A stretch of DNA of 64,000 bases, taken from positions 12,861 through 76,860 of the forward strand of contig CAVUBU010000003.1 of NCBI GenBank assembly GCA_963739825.1, read 5' to 3'. Within the stretch, counting starts at the first letter, position 1. Each line of letters begins with the position of its first letter. Positions 17,638-28,074 of this stretch are shown here, in pieces. Position numbers and translations under genes: made by a program. The notes beneath the pieces were generated by a model. It worked only from the letters and a program-made list of their open reading frames with translations, did not search any database and was not told the origin of the DNA. This DNA comes from an uncultured Alphaproteobacteria bacterium. GTDB lineage: Bacteria > Pseudomonadota > Alphaproteobacteria > Rhizobiales > Xanthobacteraceae.

Positions 17638-19630
17638 TTTCGTGGAAGAATTCATATATTTTTCGAGCGGTCTCCGCATTAATTCCCGGCACCTGGGCCA
17701 GGTCGGGCAGGCTCGCCCGCTCGATTGCCTTCAGGGTGCCGAAATGGCGTAAGAGCGCGCGTTTGCGGGTGGGCCCGATCCCCGGAATTTCCTGCAAGCC
17801 GGACTCACGGATGTCTTTCTTGCGCCGCGTGCGGTGCGAGCCGATGGCGAAACGATGCGCCTCGTCGCGCAACCGCTCGATGAAATAGAGCAGCGGATCG
17901 CGCGGCGGCAGCTTGAACGGCGTTCGGCCGGGCATAAAGAAGGTCTCGCGCCCGGCGTCGCGGTCGGGTCCCTTGGCGATGGCGACGAGCGGCACATCGG
18001 TCACGCCCAAGGCGGCGAGCGTTTCGGCCGCGGCGCTGAGCTGCCCCTGCCCACCGTCGATCAGCACCAGATCGGGCCAGGGCTGCTCGTTGCCCTCGTC
18101 CGGCTCGCCGGTCAAGACGGCAGCGAGCGCGGCATCGGCCGTCAGCCGCGGGCTCTCTTCCAGCAGGCGCTTGAACCTGCGCTGCAGCACCTCGCGCAGC
18201 ATGCCGAAGTCATCGCCGGGCGTAAGCTCGGCCGAACGGATGTTGAACTTGCGGTACTGGTTCTTGCGGAAGCCCTCCGGCCCCGCCACCACCATAGCGC
18301 CGACCGCATTGCTGCCGGCGATATGGCTGTTGTCGTAGACCTCGATGCGGCGCGGCTGGCGCGGCAGCGCAAAGGTTTCGCTCAGCGCCTTGAGCAATTT
18401 CTGCTGCGAGGAGGTGTCGGCGAGCTTGCGCGCCAGCGCCTCGCGCGCATTTGCCAGTGCATGTAAGACAAGTTCCTTGCGCTCGCCGCGCTGCGGCACG
18501 GAGACCTCGACCTTGCGCCCGCTCTTAGCGGTGAGCGCGGCGGCGAGCAGCGCGCGTTCCTCGAAATCGTGCGAAGCCAGCACCAATCGCGGCGGCGGCT
18601 TGTCGTCGTAGAATTGCGCCAGGAACGCGCTCAACACTTCGCCGGCGCCAAGCGCGCGATCGGCCTTCGGAAAATAAGCGCGGTTGCCCCAGTTCTGCCC
18701 GGTGCGGAAGAAGAATACCTCGACGCAGGAATAGCCGCCGGCCTGGTGCAAGGCGAACACGTCGGCCTCTTCCAGAGTGCGCGGATTAATGCCCTGATGC
18801 GACGTGATCGCCGAGAGCGCCGACAGCCGGTCGCGGTAGACCGCCGCGCGCTCGAAATCGAGTGCGCTCGACGCCGTATCCATTTCCGCCGCCATCTCCT
18901 TTTGCACCAGCCGGCTGCGGCCGGACAAAAATTCATTGGCCTCGCGCACCAGGTCGCTGTAGCCGGCGAAGTCGATCTCCTGCGTGCAGGGCGCCGAGCA
19001 GCGCTTGATCTGATAGAGCAGGCACGGCCGTGTGCGCCCTTCGAAAAACGAATCCGAGCAGGACCGCAGCAGGAACGCGCGCTGCAGCGCGTTGATGGTG
19101 CGGTTGACCGCGCCGGCCGAGGCGAACGGCCCGTAATAATGCCCGGGGCGCGTACGCGCGCCGCGATGCTTGAGAATTTGCGGCGCCCAGTGGTCTGACG
19201 TGATGAGGATGAAGGGAAACGACTTGTCGTCGCGCAACAGCACGTTGAAGCGCGGCCGCAGCCGCTTGATCAGATTGGCTTCCAGCAGCAGCGCTTCGGT
19301 TTCAGTCTTGGTGGTGACGAATTCCATCGTCACCGTGCCGGATATCATGCGCACGATGCGGCTGTCGTGCCCGGTCGGCCGCGTATAGGCGGTGACGCGT
19401 TTCTTGATGTTCTTGGCCTTGCCGACGTAGAGCACCTCGCCCTTGCCATCGATCATGCGATAGACGCCGGGTGCCGACGGCGCATGCTTGACCGCGCGCG
19501 TAATCGCCGCGCGGCCGGCGGCCAGCGTGCCGGCCGGCGCTTCGGCCGGCTCCAGTTCGGGCAGCGAGGATTCCTCTTCGTCCTCACGAAGTTCGCTGGC
19601 CGGATCGATGTCTTTGGACGTGCCGTTCAT
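17630..19630 (-). CDS. uvrC: Excinuclease ABC subunit C
   Basis: [44 protein letters not shown], Hh[10 protein letters not shown]; alternative TTG start at 19642. Confidence 0.99.
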   Translation of the reverse strand: MNGTSKDIDPASELREDEEESSLPELEPAEAPAGTLAAGRAAITRAVKHAPSAPGVYRMIDGKGEVLYVGKAKNIKKRVTAYTRPTGHDSRIVRMISGTVTMEFVTTKTETEALLLEANLIKRLRPRFNVLLRDDKSFPFILITSDHWAPQILKHRGARTRPGHYYGPFASAGAVNRTINALQRAFLLRSCSDSFFEGRTRPCLLYQIKRCSAPCTQEIDFAGYSDLVREANEFLSGRSRLVQKEMAAEMDTASSALDFERAAVYRDRLSALSAITSHQGINPRTLEEADVFALHQAGGYSCVEVFFFRTGQNWGNRAYFPKADRALGAGEVLSAFLAQFYDDKPPPRLVLASHDFEERALLAAALTAKSGRKVEVSVPQRGERKELVLHALANAREALARKLADTSSQQKLLKALSETFALPRQPRRIEVYDNSHIAGSNAVGAMVVAGPEGFRKNQYRKFNIRSAELTPGDDFGMLREVLQRRFKRLLEESPRLTADAALAAVLTGEPDEGNEQPWPDLVLIDGGQGQLSAAAETLAALGVTDVPLVAIAKGPDRDAGRETFFMPGRTPFKLPPRDPLLYFIERLRDEAHRFAIGSHRTRRKKDIRESGLQEIPGIGPTRKRALLRHFGTLKAIERASLPDLAQVPGINAETARKIYEFFHESV

Positions 19631-19723
19631 GAGGATGCGCAATAGATATTGCCGAGTGGCGATGAACCAAGGCCCGCTTTACCCCCAAACGCCGACCTTG
19701 GGCAACGCGGGGCTGCGCGGCGG

Positions 19724-20890
19724 TCAGCGTTCCGGCAACGCCTCCAGGGAGGGCTCATGCAGCGTGACGCCGTCGAGCGCGTCGAATTCATTCTCCCACG
19801 GCGCCTGTTCAATCGCCCGCCTGGTGTTGCGATAACCGGCGTCCCAGCGGGACTGGATGTTGGCGGGATTGAAGTCGACGTCCTTGGTGTGGTCTTCGTT
19901 GTCGAGCCGCGGCGCCAGCAGGCGCACGACATGCATGTGGGTGGCGCAGCCATAGGCGGTGAGTTCGCGCACCTCCGGATCGTTGCGTATGTCCTCGTGC
20001 AGGAGGTTGCCAAGTTCGCGGATGATATGGCGCATGCGATGCATTTGGCGTTGCCGCAGAATGTGGCTGGCGACGCGGCTGGAATACTGAATTTCCTTGT
20101 GCCGGTTGAACACCTGCCAGATCGTGCCCGGCTCCGGCCCGGTCGGATTCCACAGATGCACCGCGAATATCAGCGAGCTGCGGCGCGGCCGGTCGTCGAA
20201 AATGACCTCGGCCGGCGTGTTCGACAGGATACCGCCGTCCCAATAGAGTTCGCCGTCGATGCGAATGGCCGGGAAAGCCGGCGGTAAGGCGCCCGACGCC
20301 ATGATGTGCCCGACGCCGATTTCGCCGTCGCGGCTGTCGAAGTAGCGCATGGTGCTGGTGCGCACATGCGCGGCACCGACCGTCAGCCGCGGCGTTCCCT
20401 GCTTGATCAGGGAAAAATCGATCAGCTCGCGCAACGTCTCTTCCAACGGCGCCGTCGTGTAATAGCCGGCCTGGTCCACGCCGAGCGCCACATGCGCGCC
20501 GAGAAACGCGCCGAGATTGGGCGAAAAGAATCCGGGAATGCCGCCCAGCAAAGTCTTCCAATAGGCGAGCGCGGCCGGGAAGCCGGTCCAGTCCGGCAGA
20601 TCGAAAGTCCCGCGCTGCTCCATGCGGCGCCAGAATTCCTTGAGCTTTACCACGCGATCGGCCGGCCGGTTGCCGGCGACGAGACCGGCGTTGATCGCCC
20701 CGATCGAGGTGCCGATAATCCAGTCCGGCTCGATGCCGGCGTCATGCAGCGCGTGATAAACCCCGGCCTGGTAAGCGCCGAGCGCGCCGCCGCCCTGGAA
20801 CACCATCACGGTCTGATAGTCGTCGCGATTCCAGCGCGTGGTGTGCTGCACCAGGCCACCCGTTGACGGTCTGCTATTGCTGTCATTCAT
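19724..20890 (-). CDS. Patatin-like phospholipase family protein
   Basis: GGGALGAY oxyanion loop, GTSIG nucleophile elbow, DGG motif; C-terminal extension resembling DUF3734. Confidence 0.92.
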   Translation of the reverse strand: MNDSNSRPSTGGLVQHTTRWNRDDYQTVMVFQGGGALGAYQAGVYHALHDAGIEPDWIIGTSIGAINAGLVAGNRPADRVVKLKEFWRRMEQRGTFDLPDWTGFPAALAYWKTLLGGIPGFFSPNLGAFLGAHVALGVDQAGYYTTAPLEETLRELIDFSLIKQGTPRLTVGAAHVRTSTMRYFDSRDGEIGVGHIMASGALPPAFPAIRIDGELYWDGGILSNTPAEVIFDDRPRRSSLIFAVHLWNPTGPEPGTIWQVFNRHKEIQYSSRVASHILRQRQMHRMRHIIRELGNLLHEDIRNDPEVRELTAYGCATHMHVVRLLAPRLDNEDHTKDVDFNPANIQSRWDAGYRNTRRAIEQAPWENEFDALDGVTLHEPSLEALPER

Positions 20891-20950
20891 CGCTGCGTCC
20901 CCAAGGTTACCAATGGAATACGCCGGTTAATGTCCTGCCATGCTCGCAGG

Positions 20951-22403
20951 CTAGCCCGATGACTTTTGGCCGCTGACGGCCTGCGCTTGAACTTCTTGAC
21001 GTAAGACCTTGCCTGCCCGATCGCGCGCCAGCGCCGTGACATAGTGGATACGGGCCAAGGAAAAGCCGTGCAGCTCTTGGTTGATGGCGGCCGTCAGCCG
21101 CTCCACATCGATCGGTGTTGCGGATTCGATGACGACATGGATCTCTTCCTCACCGCTGTCGTTCTGCATGGAGAACAGACAGACGCCGCCGACACCAAAG
21201 AGCTCGGCCAGCTTATCCTCGATGGGGGCCGGAGAAATCTTGTCTCCCATCACATTGATGACATCGGTGACGCGTCCTTGCAGCGCCATGCGCCCGTCGG
21301 ATCGGATGACGGCCAGATCGCCGGGATAGAAGAAGCCGTCCTTGAAAAAGGCCAGCGTCGCCGTTTCGTCGTTGAAATAACCGGTGGGCCCGCCCGCCGT
21401 GCTGACTTCGCATGCGCCCGATCGCGCCGGCCGGCACCGGGCGATCGGTGTCGTTGACGATCTCGACCGCGCGGCCGGGCACGAGGCGATGCCAGCGCTG
21501 TTGCTCCGGCGTGTCGAGCGGCGTGAAGCTGATGATGCCGGCCTCGGTGGACGCGACATAATTGAAGATGCGCGGCGTGATGCGGGCCTTGGCTTGCTCG
21601 ACATGCATGCGGGTTAAAGCTCCGGCGCCGACCGCGACCTGCATCGAATCGTTGCGCGGGAATGCATCGGCCGGCGCCGCCAGAATGCCGGCGAGCACGA
21701 GCGGGTTGAGCACCGCATGGGTTACTCCGGGATACAACAGCGCCCGGTAGGCTTCGCGCCCTTGCTCGATGACGATAGCGCCGCCCACGCTCCAGGTGCT
21801 GATCGCCCACTTGTAGGCGTGCCCGGTCCACGCCCCGAAATCGAACAGACAAAGCAGGCTGTGCTGGTTCATGCCGAAGACGTCGGATTGCAGCCGTTGC
21901 ACAAAAGTGTCGTCGGCGGGACTCATCAGCACCATTTTACGGATACCGGTCGTTCCCGAAGTGCGCAGGATGTGACCGCCCAACGGGTGCGCTGCGGCGA
22001 CGTCTTCGAGCCCCAGGTGAGCTTCGCCGGCCAGCGATACCGATAGCAGTGGCAGCCCCAGCTCGCTGCATACGGTATCGAGACCGGCCCAGGTTTCGCC
22101 CGGGGCAGCGACAACGCAGCGCACGCTCGGCAGACGATGGTTACGCACCGCCAACTCCGCCTCCACCGCCATGGTGGTCAGGCCCAAACTGCGCAGCGCC
22201 AGGCTGACAACCCAAAAATCCAACAGGTTGTGAACGGCCAGCATCGCGTAACCGGGCCCGCTATAACCCCGCCGGGCGAAATAGCCGCGGGCGGTGCCGA
22301 TGAGCTGGGCGAACGATTGGTACGAATAAGGCCTGCCGTTATGGACGATCGCCGTTCGGTCGGGCGTCCGTTTCGCCCAATCGAAGATCATTTGGGTGAT
22401 CAT
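20951..22403 (-). pseudogene. Class I adenylate-forming (AMP-binding) enzyme, split by a +1 frameshift near 21407-21408
   Basis: 5' frame has TSGTTGIRK and YVASTEAG; 3' frame has FYPGDL, GRVTDVINVMGDKISP and AGK. Removing one base at atgcgaagtcagc joins them (..GRMR-VSTAGGPTGYF..). Confidence 0.85.
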
Positions 22404-22439
22404 GGGTCGCCCGCTGGCCTGCATGGCTTGGTTGCAATC

Positions 22440-23354
22440 CTATTTGATGACCGGCTTTTGCGGCGCGACGGCGTCCAAGCCGGAAAACTTCGAATAGATT
22501 TCGAACAGCGAAGCCGTGTCGTTGTCGCCATAGCCTTGCGCGATGGCCGCAAGATGCATCTGCAGGGCCGCCTCAAAGAGCGGCGTCGGCGCTTCGATCG
22601 ACTTGGCAAACGCGCCGATCACCCGGGCATCCTTGCGCGCGATCCCGTAGGTGCCGCGCGAGGTGACGTAATCGCGCGCAACCATCATCTTGCCGCGCAG
22701 GCCCCAGATTTTGGAGCTGCCGAAGCTCTCCTCGATCAGCGGCTGCACCAGCGTCAGGTCCAGTCCGGACTTGCGCGCGAACGCCATCGCTTCCGCCGTC
22801 GCCGCATTGTGAATCAGGACCAGGTAACTCATCACGTATTTGAGCTTGCTGGCGTTGCCGAATTCGCCAAGGAACGTGCGCGATTTGGTGAACGCCGCGA
22901 GCGGCTCCTCCGCCTTGCCGTAGGCCGCGGCATCGCCGCTCGCCCAGAGCGTCAGATTGCCGGCGAGCACGGCCGGCCGCGTGCCGCTCAAGGTGCAATC
23001 GAGCAAGGTGACGCCGACGGTGCTGAGCTTGTCGCGGGCGGCCGCCTTGTCGGCGACGGCGAGCGTGCAGGTGTCGACGACAATGCTGCCGCCGCGTTTG
23101 GCGGCGAGAATACTGTCGGCGCCCGTCGTCACGGCATGAAACGCGTCTTCGCTGGCGAGCGAAATGATGATGATGTCAGCTACCTCGGCAACGGCGCGCG
23201 CTGACGGTGCCGATTTTCCGCCGTTCGCCGTCAGTTCGTCCATGCAAGGCTGGCGCACATCCGTGCCGACGACGTCATAGCCGGCATTGACCAATCGCAA
23301 AGCCATGGCCGAACCCATGGCGCCAAGACCGATAACACCGATTTTTTTCGACAT
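22440..23354 (-). CDS. NAD(P)-dependent oxidoreductase, 3-hydroxyisobutyrate dehydrogenase family
   Basis: IGVIGLGAMG Rossmann motif; GNASKLK catalytic Lys region; KDARVI. Confidence 0.9.
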   Translation of the reverse strand: MSKKIGVIGLGAMGSAMALRLVNAGYDVVGTDVRQPCMDELTANGGKSAPSARAVAEVADIIIISLASEDAFHAVTTGADSILAAKRGGSIVVDTCTLAVADKAAARDKLSTVGVTLLDCTLSGTRPAVLAGNLTLWASGDAAAYGKAEEPLAAFTKSRTFLGEFGNASKLKYVMSYLVLIHNAATAEAMAFARKSGLDLTLVQPLIEESFGSSKIWGLRGKMMVARDYVTSRGTYGIARKDARVIGAFAKSIEAPTPLFEAALQMHLAAIAQGYGDNDTASLFEIYSKFSGLDAVAPQKPVIK

Positions 23355-23515
23355 GCCCGCACTCCAGCCGCAGCAAACGGCATCCTATCGGCCCTAACGC
23401 GTGCTTTGAAAGGGCCGAAAGCCGGCAGCGCAAGCGCTGTCATGCGGACAAGATGAGCCGTTTGCGTCGGAGAGTATTTCCGGCTCATCATGGCCCGATC
23501 AAGGAGACAAGCGAC

Positions 23516-24505
23516 ATGGCAGCCTATGCTTCGTCGGCCAGGAAGGCGGCTCTGTTCGCGGCCATCGTGGCGCTGGGCGCGGCAAGCCTCGGCGCCGCGG
23601 CCAAGGCCGAATACCCCGAGCGCAGTATTACGATCGTCGTTCCGTTCGCGCCGGGCGGCGCCAGCGACTATATGGCGCGGCTCCTGAGCACGCATTTGCG
23701 CGACAAACTCGGGCAGACGGTGATCGTCGAGAACAAGCCGGGCGCCAGCGGCAATATCGGCATCGGCTATGTGGCGCGCGCCGAGCCGGACGGCTACACA
23801 TTTTTGGTCGCGTCGAGCGTGTTCGTGGTCAATCCGAGTCTGTATCGCGCCGCGCCTTACGATCCGATCAAGAGTTTCGCGCCGGTCACCGAACTGATCG
23901 CCTCGCCGAATGTGATCGCGGTGCGCGCCGACGCCGGCATCACGGACCTCGCCGACCTGATCGCGCAAGCCAACGCCAATCCCGGCAAGTACAATTATTC
24001 GACGCCCGGCACCGGCACCTCGACCAATCTGATGATGGAACTGCTGAAGACCAAGAAGAAGTTCAACATCCTGCATATTCCCTATCCGGGCGCGGCGCCG
24101 GCGGTGCAGGCGCTGCTCGCCGGGCAGGTGCAGGCGACGGCGATGACGCTGTCGGTGGTGCTGCCCTTCGTCAAGGCCGGCAAGCTGAAGTGCCTGGTGG
24201 TGACCGGCGACAAACGTTGGGCCGATCTGCCCGACGTGCCGACCATCGCGCAAGCGGGCTTTGCGGATTCGGTGAACCAAACCTTCCAGGCTTTGTTCGC
24301 ACCGGCCGGAACGCCGCAACCGATCGTCGACCGCATCGCCAAGGAGGCGATCGCCATCTATCAGGCGCCCGCGCTCAAGAAGTCGCTGCGCGAAGCCGGC
24401 TACGGCGTCAGCGCCGCCGGGCCGAAACCGCTCGGCGATCTGGTGGCGCACGAAGTGCCGATGTGGGGCGACATGATCCGCAAGGCGGGCATTGCGCTGC
24501 ACTGA
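23516..24505 (+). CDS. Tripartite tricarboxylate transporter substrate-binding protein (TctC/Bug)
   Basis: YPERSITIVVPFAPGGASD, VIVENKPGASGNIG, IPYPGAAPA, LPDVPTI; AAGGAG RBS. Confidence 0.93.
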   Translation: MAAYASSARKAALFAAIVALGAASLGAAAKAEYPERSITIVVPFAPGGASDYMARLLSTHLRDKLGQTVIVENKPGASGNIGIGYVARAEPDGYTFLVASSVFVVNPSLYRAAPYDPIKSFAPVTELIASPNVIAVRADAGITDLADLIAQANANPGKYNYSTPGTGTSTNLMMELLKTKKKFNILHIPYPGAAPAVQALLAGQVQATAMTLSVVLPFVKAGKLKCLVVTGDKRWADLPDVPTIAQAGFADSVNQTFQALFAPAGTPQPIVDRIAKEAIAIYQAPALKKSLREAGYGVSAAGPKPLGDLVAHEVPMWGDMIRKAGIALH

Positions 24506-24640
24506 TTGTTGCGAGGATGCTACGCGCACGTCTGCGCGCGCGCCGCGTCCGCATTATATCTGCACAACCGGCGACGATGGACATTGGGCAACGCCGCGAC
24601 GGTGTCCGCTTAGAGCCATAAGCGCCTTCAGCTTGAAATG

Positions 24641-24666
24641 AAAAGGCCGCCAACTGAGGCGGCCTC
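24641..24666 (-). terminator. Intrinsic terminator-like hairpin
   Basis: aggccgcc-aactga-ggcggcct with an adjacent A-run (U-run on the minus strand), downstream of the His-rich ORF. Confidence 0.55.
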
Positions 24667-24816
24667 TCGCATGAACGTCAAAAGCGCAGCAAGATCTTGC
24701 GGTCAGCAAAACCCGCAAGCCGACACGCGATGCCGACGTCGACTGTTTGGCGTGGCGACGCGGATTGCTAGATCGCAACCAGCGCTCGGGATGGGATCGT
24801 AGAGTTAGGGACAACC

Positions 24817-25029
24817 CTAACAGCGCGAGCGCCAGCCACGCCAGACGGACCAATGACTACGGCAGCCATCGTGACCGTACCAGCCATGGTGGCCGCGCCA
24901 GCCATGGTGGCCGTGCCAACCATGGTGACCGTGCCAGTGACGACCGCCATAGGCGGAGGCAGTGGTCGGAAAGGTCGCGATGCCAATAGCGCTTGCCGCG
25001 ACAAGCGCGATCGTCAATTTGCGCAACAT
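24817..25029 (-). CDS. Small secreted His/Trp/Gly-repeat protein
   Basis: AAGGAGG RBS, signal peptide ending ASA, four W-x-G-H-x-G hexapeptides, two Cys. Confidence 0.8.
   Translation of the reverse strand: MLRKLTIALVAASAIGIATFPTTASAYGGRHWHGHHGWHGHHGWRGHHGWYGHDGCRSHWSVWRGWRSRC
24865..24936 (-). repeat. Four imperfect 18-nt tandem repeats (coding)
   Basis: gccatcgtgaccgtacca / gccatggtggccgcgcca / gccatggtggccgtgcca / accatggtgaccgtgcca. Confidence 0.9.
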
Positions 25030-25191
25030 GGATTCCCTCCTTGGATCGGACGCACTTCAGCAGAGCCACAAGCATGAGCGTATAAAAATGAATGTGAGGT
25101 GAATGAGATCGGCGCCGCGATCCGCAGGCCCGGCAATCGTGTTTTCCTGGGCTTCTCTACTGGCGCTGTTTAGCAATTGTCGCGAAGGGTC

Positions 25192-26878
25192 TTGGTCGTG
25201 TAAAAACGCCTTGTCGGAAGCGCTGATGCGCGGTGGCGATTGCGAGGTATCTGCTCGTGGTCATTTTCCCGTATTTGGTGGCTTTTTCGACTGTCAGCGC
25301 GCTGATTCGACTTCCAGCCGTCCTGGGCGGTTCTGCAATGGCTGTCGGCCGGATGTCGGCGACGACTATGCCCTCATCGCCGCCAGGAGCGGCTGGACGC
25401 CGATGATGTTCATGACGCGCGTGAGATTGTAGGCCAGCACGTGCAACGCCATCTCGGTTGCGACCCGTGGCAGCGTCTTCATCAGGAAGTGCGTTGCGCC
25501 CATCCTGGCCTTGATCGTGCCGAAGGGATGCTCGACCGTCTCGCGCCGCTGGCGCATCTTCTCTGGATGCTCGTCGAGCCGACGCTGCACCGCCTCGAGG
25601 ACGTGCTCATGCTCCCACCGGGAGATCCGTCGTTCCTTGCCGGTGGTGCAACTGTGCTTGATGACGCAGCTCTGGCAGGCGTTGGTCCAGTAGCGGCGCA
25701 GGACCAATCCATTTTCCTCGGTCGTGTAGTGGTAGGCGAGCCTTTCGCCGGCAGGACAGATGTAAACATCCTCCGCAGCAACGTAGCGAAAGTCCTGTTT
25801 GCCGAAGCGCCCCTCCGCCTTTGAGTTCGAGGTCATCGGCTTAGGCAGCGTCACCGTGATGCCCGCTTCCTCGCACGCCAGGATCTCCTCACTGCTGAAG
25901 TAGCCGCGGTCGGCGACGGCATCGAGCTTCTCCACTTCCAGCGTTGCCTTCGCTTCCTTGGCCACGGGCGAGAGCTGCGACCGGTCGCTCCCGACGTTGG
26001 TTACCTCATGCGTAATAATCAGATGATGCTCGGTGTCGACGGCAACCTGGACGTTGTAGCCAACGACGCCGGAGCCGCGGCCACTGGTCGCCATCGAGCG
26101 GGCATCGGGATCGGTCAATGATATCTGCTGGTCTGGTGTGGCGAGCATCTGTACCCGGAGCCTCGCCAGATGCTGCATCTGCTCCTTCAGCTTCTCGATC
26201 TTCTCTTTCAGGCGGCTGGTCTTGGCTTTTAGGGCCTCGGATGGCTCCTGCCGGTCGGCACTGTCGAGCTGCTGAAGATAGCGCGCGACGCTTTCCTCGA
26301 TCTGCGCCATACGCCGTTCCATCTTGGCGCGCGTGAAGTTCCTGTCGCGGTTGTTCACCGCCTTGAACTTGCTGCCGTCGATCGCCACGCTGGCTTGCGT
26401 GAGCAGGCCCATCATGCGGCAGAGCGCAACAAACCGGGCACAGACCTGGCGGATGGCGCGCCCGTTGTCCTTGCGGAAGTTGGCAATCGTCTTGTGGTCG
26501 GGGGCAAGCCGGCCCGTCAGCCACATCACCTCAACGTTGCGCCCGGCCTCGCGCTCCAGCCGGCGGCTCGACTGGACCCGATTGAGATACCCGTAAATGT
26601 AGAGCTTCAGTAATGCCGACGGATGATACGAAGGCCGGCCGGTTACCTCGGGTTCGACCCCGTCAAACCCAAGCTCCGGTAGATCGAGTTCATCGACAAA
26701 AACATCGATGACGCGAACCGGATTGTCCTCGCCGATCCAGTCTTCCAGACATTCAGGAAACAGCGTGCTTTGCCCGCGGTCCGCCCCTTCAACGAAGCGC
26801 CTCATTCGATCCTCCCGCAAATCGCGCGAGAATCTTATCGCGAGAATCAAATCCACCCCCGCGTTTTTACACAGCCAG
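25192..26878 (-). mobile_element. IS1182 family insertion sequence
   Basis: Imperfect terminal IRs ttggtcgtgtaaaaacgc / gcgtttttacacagccag, flanked on both sides by GGTC (25188-25191 and 26879-26882). Confidence 0.9.
25366..26805 (-). CDS. IS1182 family transposase
   Basis: GRPSYHPSALLKLYIYGYLNRVQSSRRLERE (DUF772-like), IDGSKFKA, ADRGY, ETVEHPFGTIK. Confidence 0.95.
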   Translation of the reverse strand: MRRFVEGADRGQSTLFPECLEDWIGEDNPVRVIDVFVDELDLPELGFDGVEPEVTGRPSYHPSALLKLYIYGYLNRVQSSRRLEREAGRNVEVMWLTGRLAPDHKTIANFRKDNGRAIRQVCARFVALCRMMGLLTQASVAIDGSKFKAVNNRDRNFTRAKMERRMAQIEESVARYLQQLDSADRQEPSEALKAKTSRLKEKIEKLKEQMQHLARLRVQMLATPDQQISLTDPDARSMATSGRGSGVVGYNVQVAVDTEHHLIITHEVTNVGSDRSQLSPVAKEAKATLEVEKLDAVADRGYFSSEEILACEEAGITVTLPKPMTSNSKAEGRFGKQDFRYVAAEDVYICPAGERLAYHYTTEENGLVLRRYWTNACQSCVIKHSCTTGKERRISRWEHEHVLEAVQRRLDEHPEKMRQRRETVEHPFGTIKARMGATHFLMKTLPRVATEMALHVLAYNLTRVMNIIGVQPLLAAMRA

Positions 26879-26886
26879 GGTCATTA

Positions 26887-26941
26887 GCGGACATGGCGGC
26901 TTGAATTTGTAAATGTCCGTTTACCCCCGAAAGCGGCCATT
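26887..26941. repeat. GCGGACAT/ATGTCCG chained palindrome (IS target element)
   Basis: gcggacat-18nt-atgtccgtttacccccgaaagcggccatt; a related degenerate copy (ggacatt..ggtgtccgcttagagccataagc) lies near 24575-24623. Confidence 0.6.
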
Positions 26942-27016
26942 GGGCGGCCTGTCCGCGCCGGCATTTCGCCGGCCATTGATGCGTCCAGGTCCGGATAATG
27001 CATGGAAGGCCGCGCG

Positions 27017-27781
27017 CTACTCCACGCCGTCGCTGTCAATCGTGCGCCAGGACAGATGCTGGCCGCCGTCGACCGCGATCACCGTGCCGGTGACGCTTCG
27101 CGCCTGCGCGAGATAGACCACCGCCGCCGCGATCTCTTCGGGCGTGGGCCCGCGCTTGAGCGGTACCGCCGCCGCTTGCGCCGCGAATTGTTCGGCCGTC
27201 TGGCGCGGGCTCGCCAGCGTCGGGCCGGGCGCCACCGCATTGACGCGCAAATTTGGCGCCAACGCCTGCGCCAGCGTGATGGTCGCGCTGACGAGCGCAC
27301 TCTTGCTTAAGGTGTAAGAGAAAAACCGCGGCGTCGGCCTGAGCACGCGCTGGTCGGCGATATTGACGATCGAGGCGTCGGCGCCGGCGGGCGCCTGCGC
27401 GGCGAAAGCCTGCGCCAGCAGGACCGGCACGGTCAGGTTGATGGCGAGCGTGCGCTCGAAGCGCGCGCGCTCGAGCGTGGCGATGTCGTCCTCGTCGAAC
27501 TGGCTGGCATTGTTGACCAGGAGCGTGAGCGGTCCGAACGCCGCCGCCGCCGGCACGAGCCCGCGCACCGCTTCCGGCTCGGCCAGATCGGCGAGCACCA
27601 CCCTCGCCTGCCCGCCGGCCGCCGCGATCTCGCCCGCGAGCTTTTCGGCCTCGGCGCGCGAACGGTGGGCGTGCAATATCACGGCGTAGCCGGCGCGCGC
27701 GAGCGCGAGCGCGGTTGCCCGACCGATGCGGCGCCCCGCCCCGGTGATCAGCGCCGCGCGCGCCGTCTGTCGACCGTTCAT
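27017..27781 (-). CDS. SDR family oxidoreductase (pteridine reductase-like)
   Basis: TGAGRRIG, LVNNAS, YTLSK, RVNAVAPG, VDGG. Confidence 0.92.
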   Translation of the reverse strand: MNGRQTARAALITGAGRRIGRATALALARAGYAVILHAHRSRAEAEKLAGEIAAAGGQARVVLADLAEPEAVRGLVPAAAAFGPLTLLVNNASQFDEDDIATLERARFERTLAINLTVPVLLAQAFAAQAPAGADASIVNIADQRVLRPTPRFFSYTLSKSALVSATITLAQALAPNLRVNAVAPGPTLASPRQTAEQFAAQAAAVPLKRGPTPEEIAAAVVYLAQARSVTGTVIAVDGGQHLSWRTIDSDGVE

Positions 27782-28074
27782 CCCGCCTCACCTCGCGCGC
27801 TTCGCCATTGGCCTGAGCAATTTCCCTCGCCAGCGATGTTATGCCGGCAGAGCATCCGGTGTACTGCGCCGTACCGACGATGTTAGCCGAGCGAAGGCGG
27901 CAAATCTGCGCGAACGTCGGCGCAGCTCTAACAGTTCTTTAGGGTTAACGGCTGCTGACTGGCAAACAATTCATGACCGCTTAACTTAAAAGGCCGGATA
28001 AATCCTCCACCATAATTTCGCATTCCGCCGCCGCCGCCAAACGCGGCGGAGCCTTCGAGTGCGTGGAGGATGTA

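Noticed and set aside
24865-24936. Tandem repeats as a CRISPR array
   Set aside because: They are contiguous 18-nt in-frame coding repeats with no spacers, and no cas genes are present. No CRISPR-like periodicity was seen elsewhere.
19700-26950. Integrative genomic island or prophage
   Set aside because: No integrase, tRNA target, att direct repeats or phage genes; better described as accumulated single-gene insertions plus one IS.
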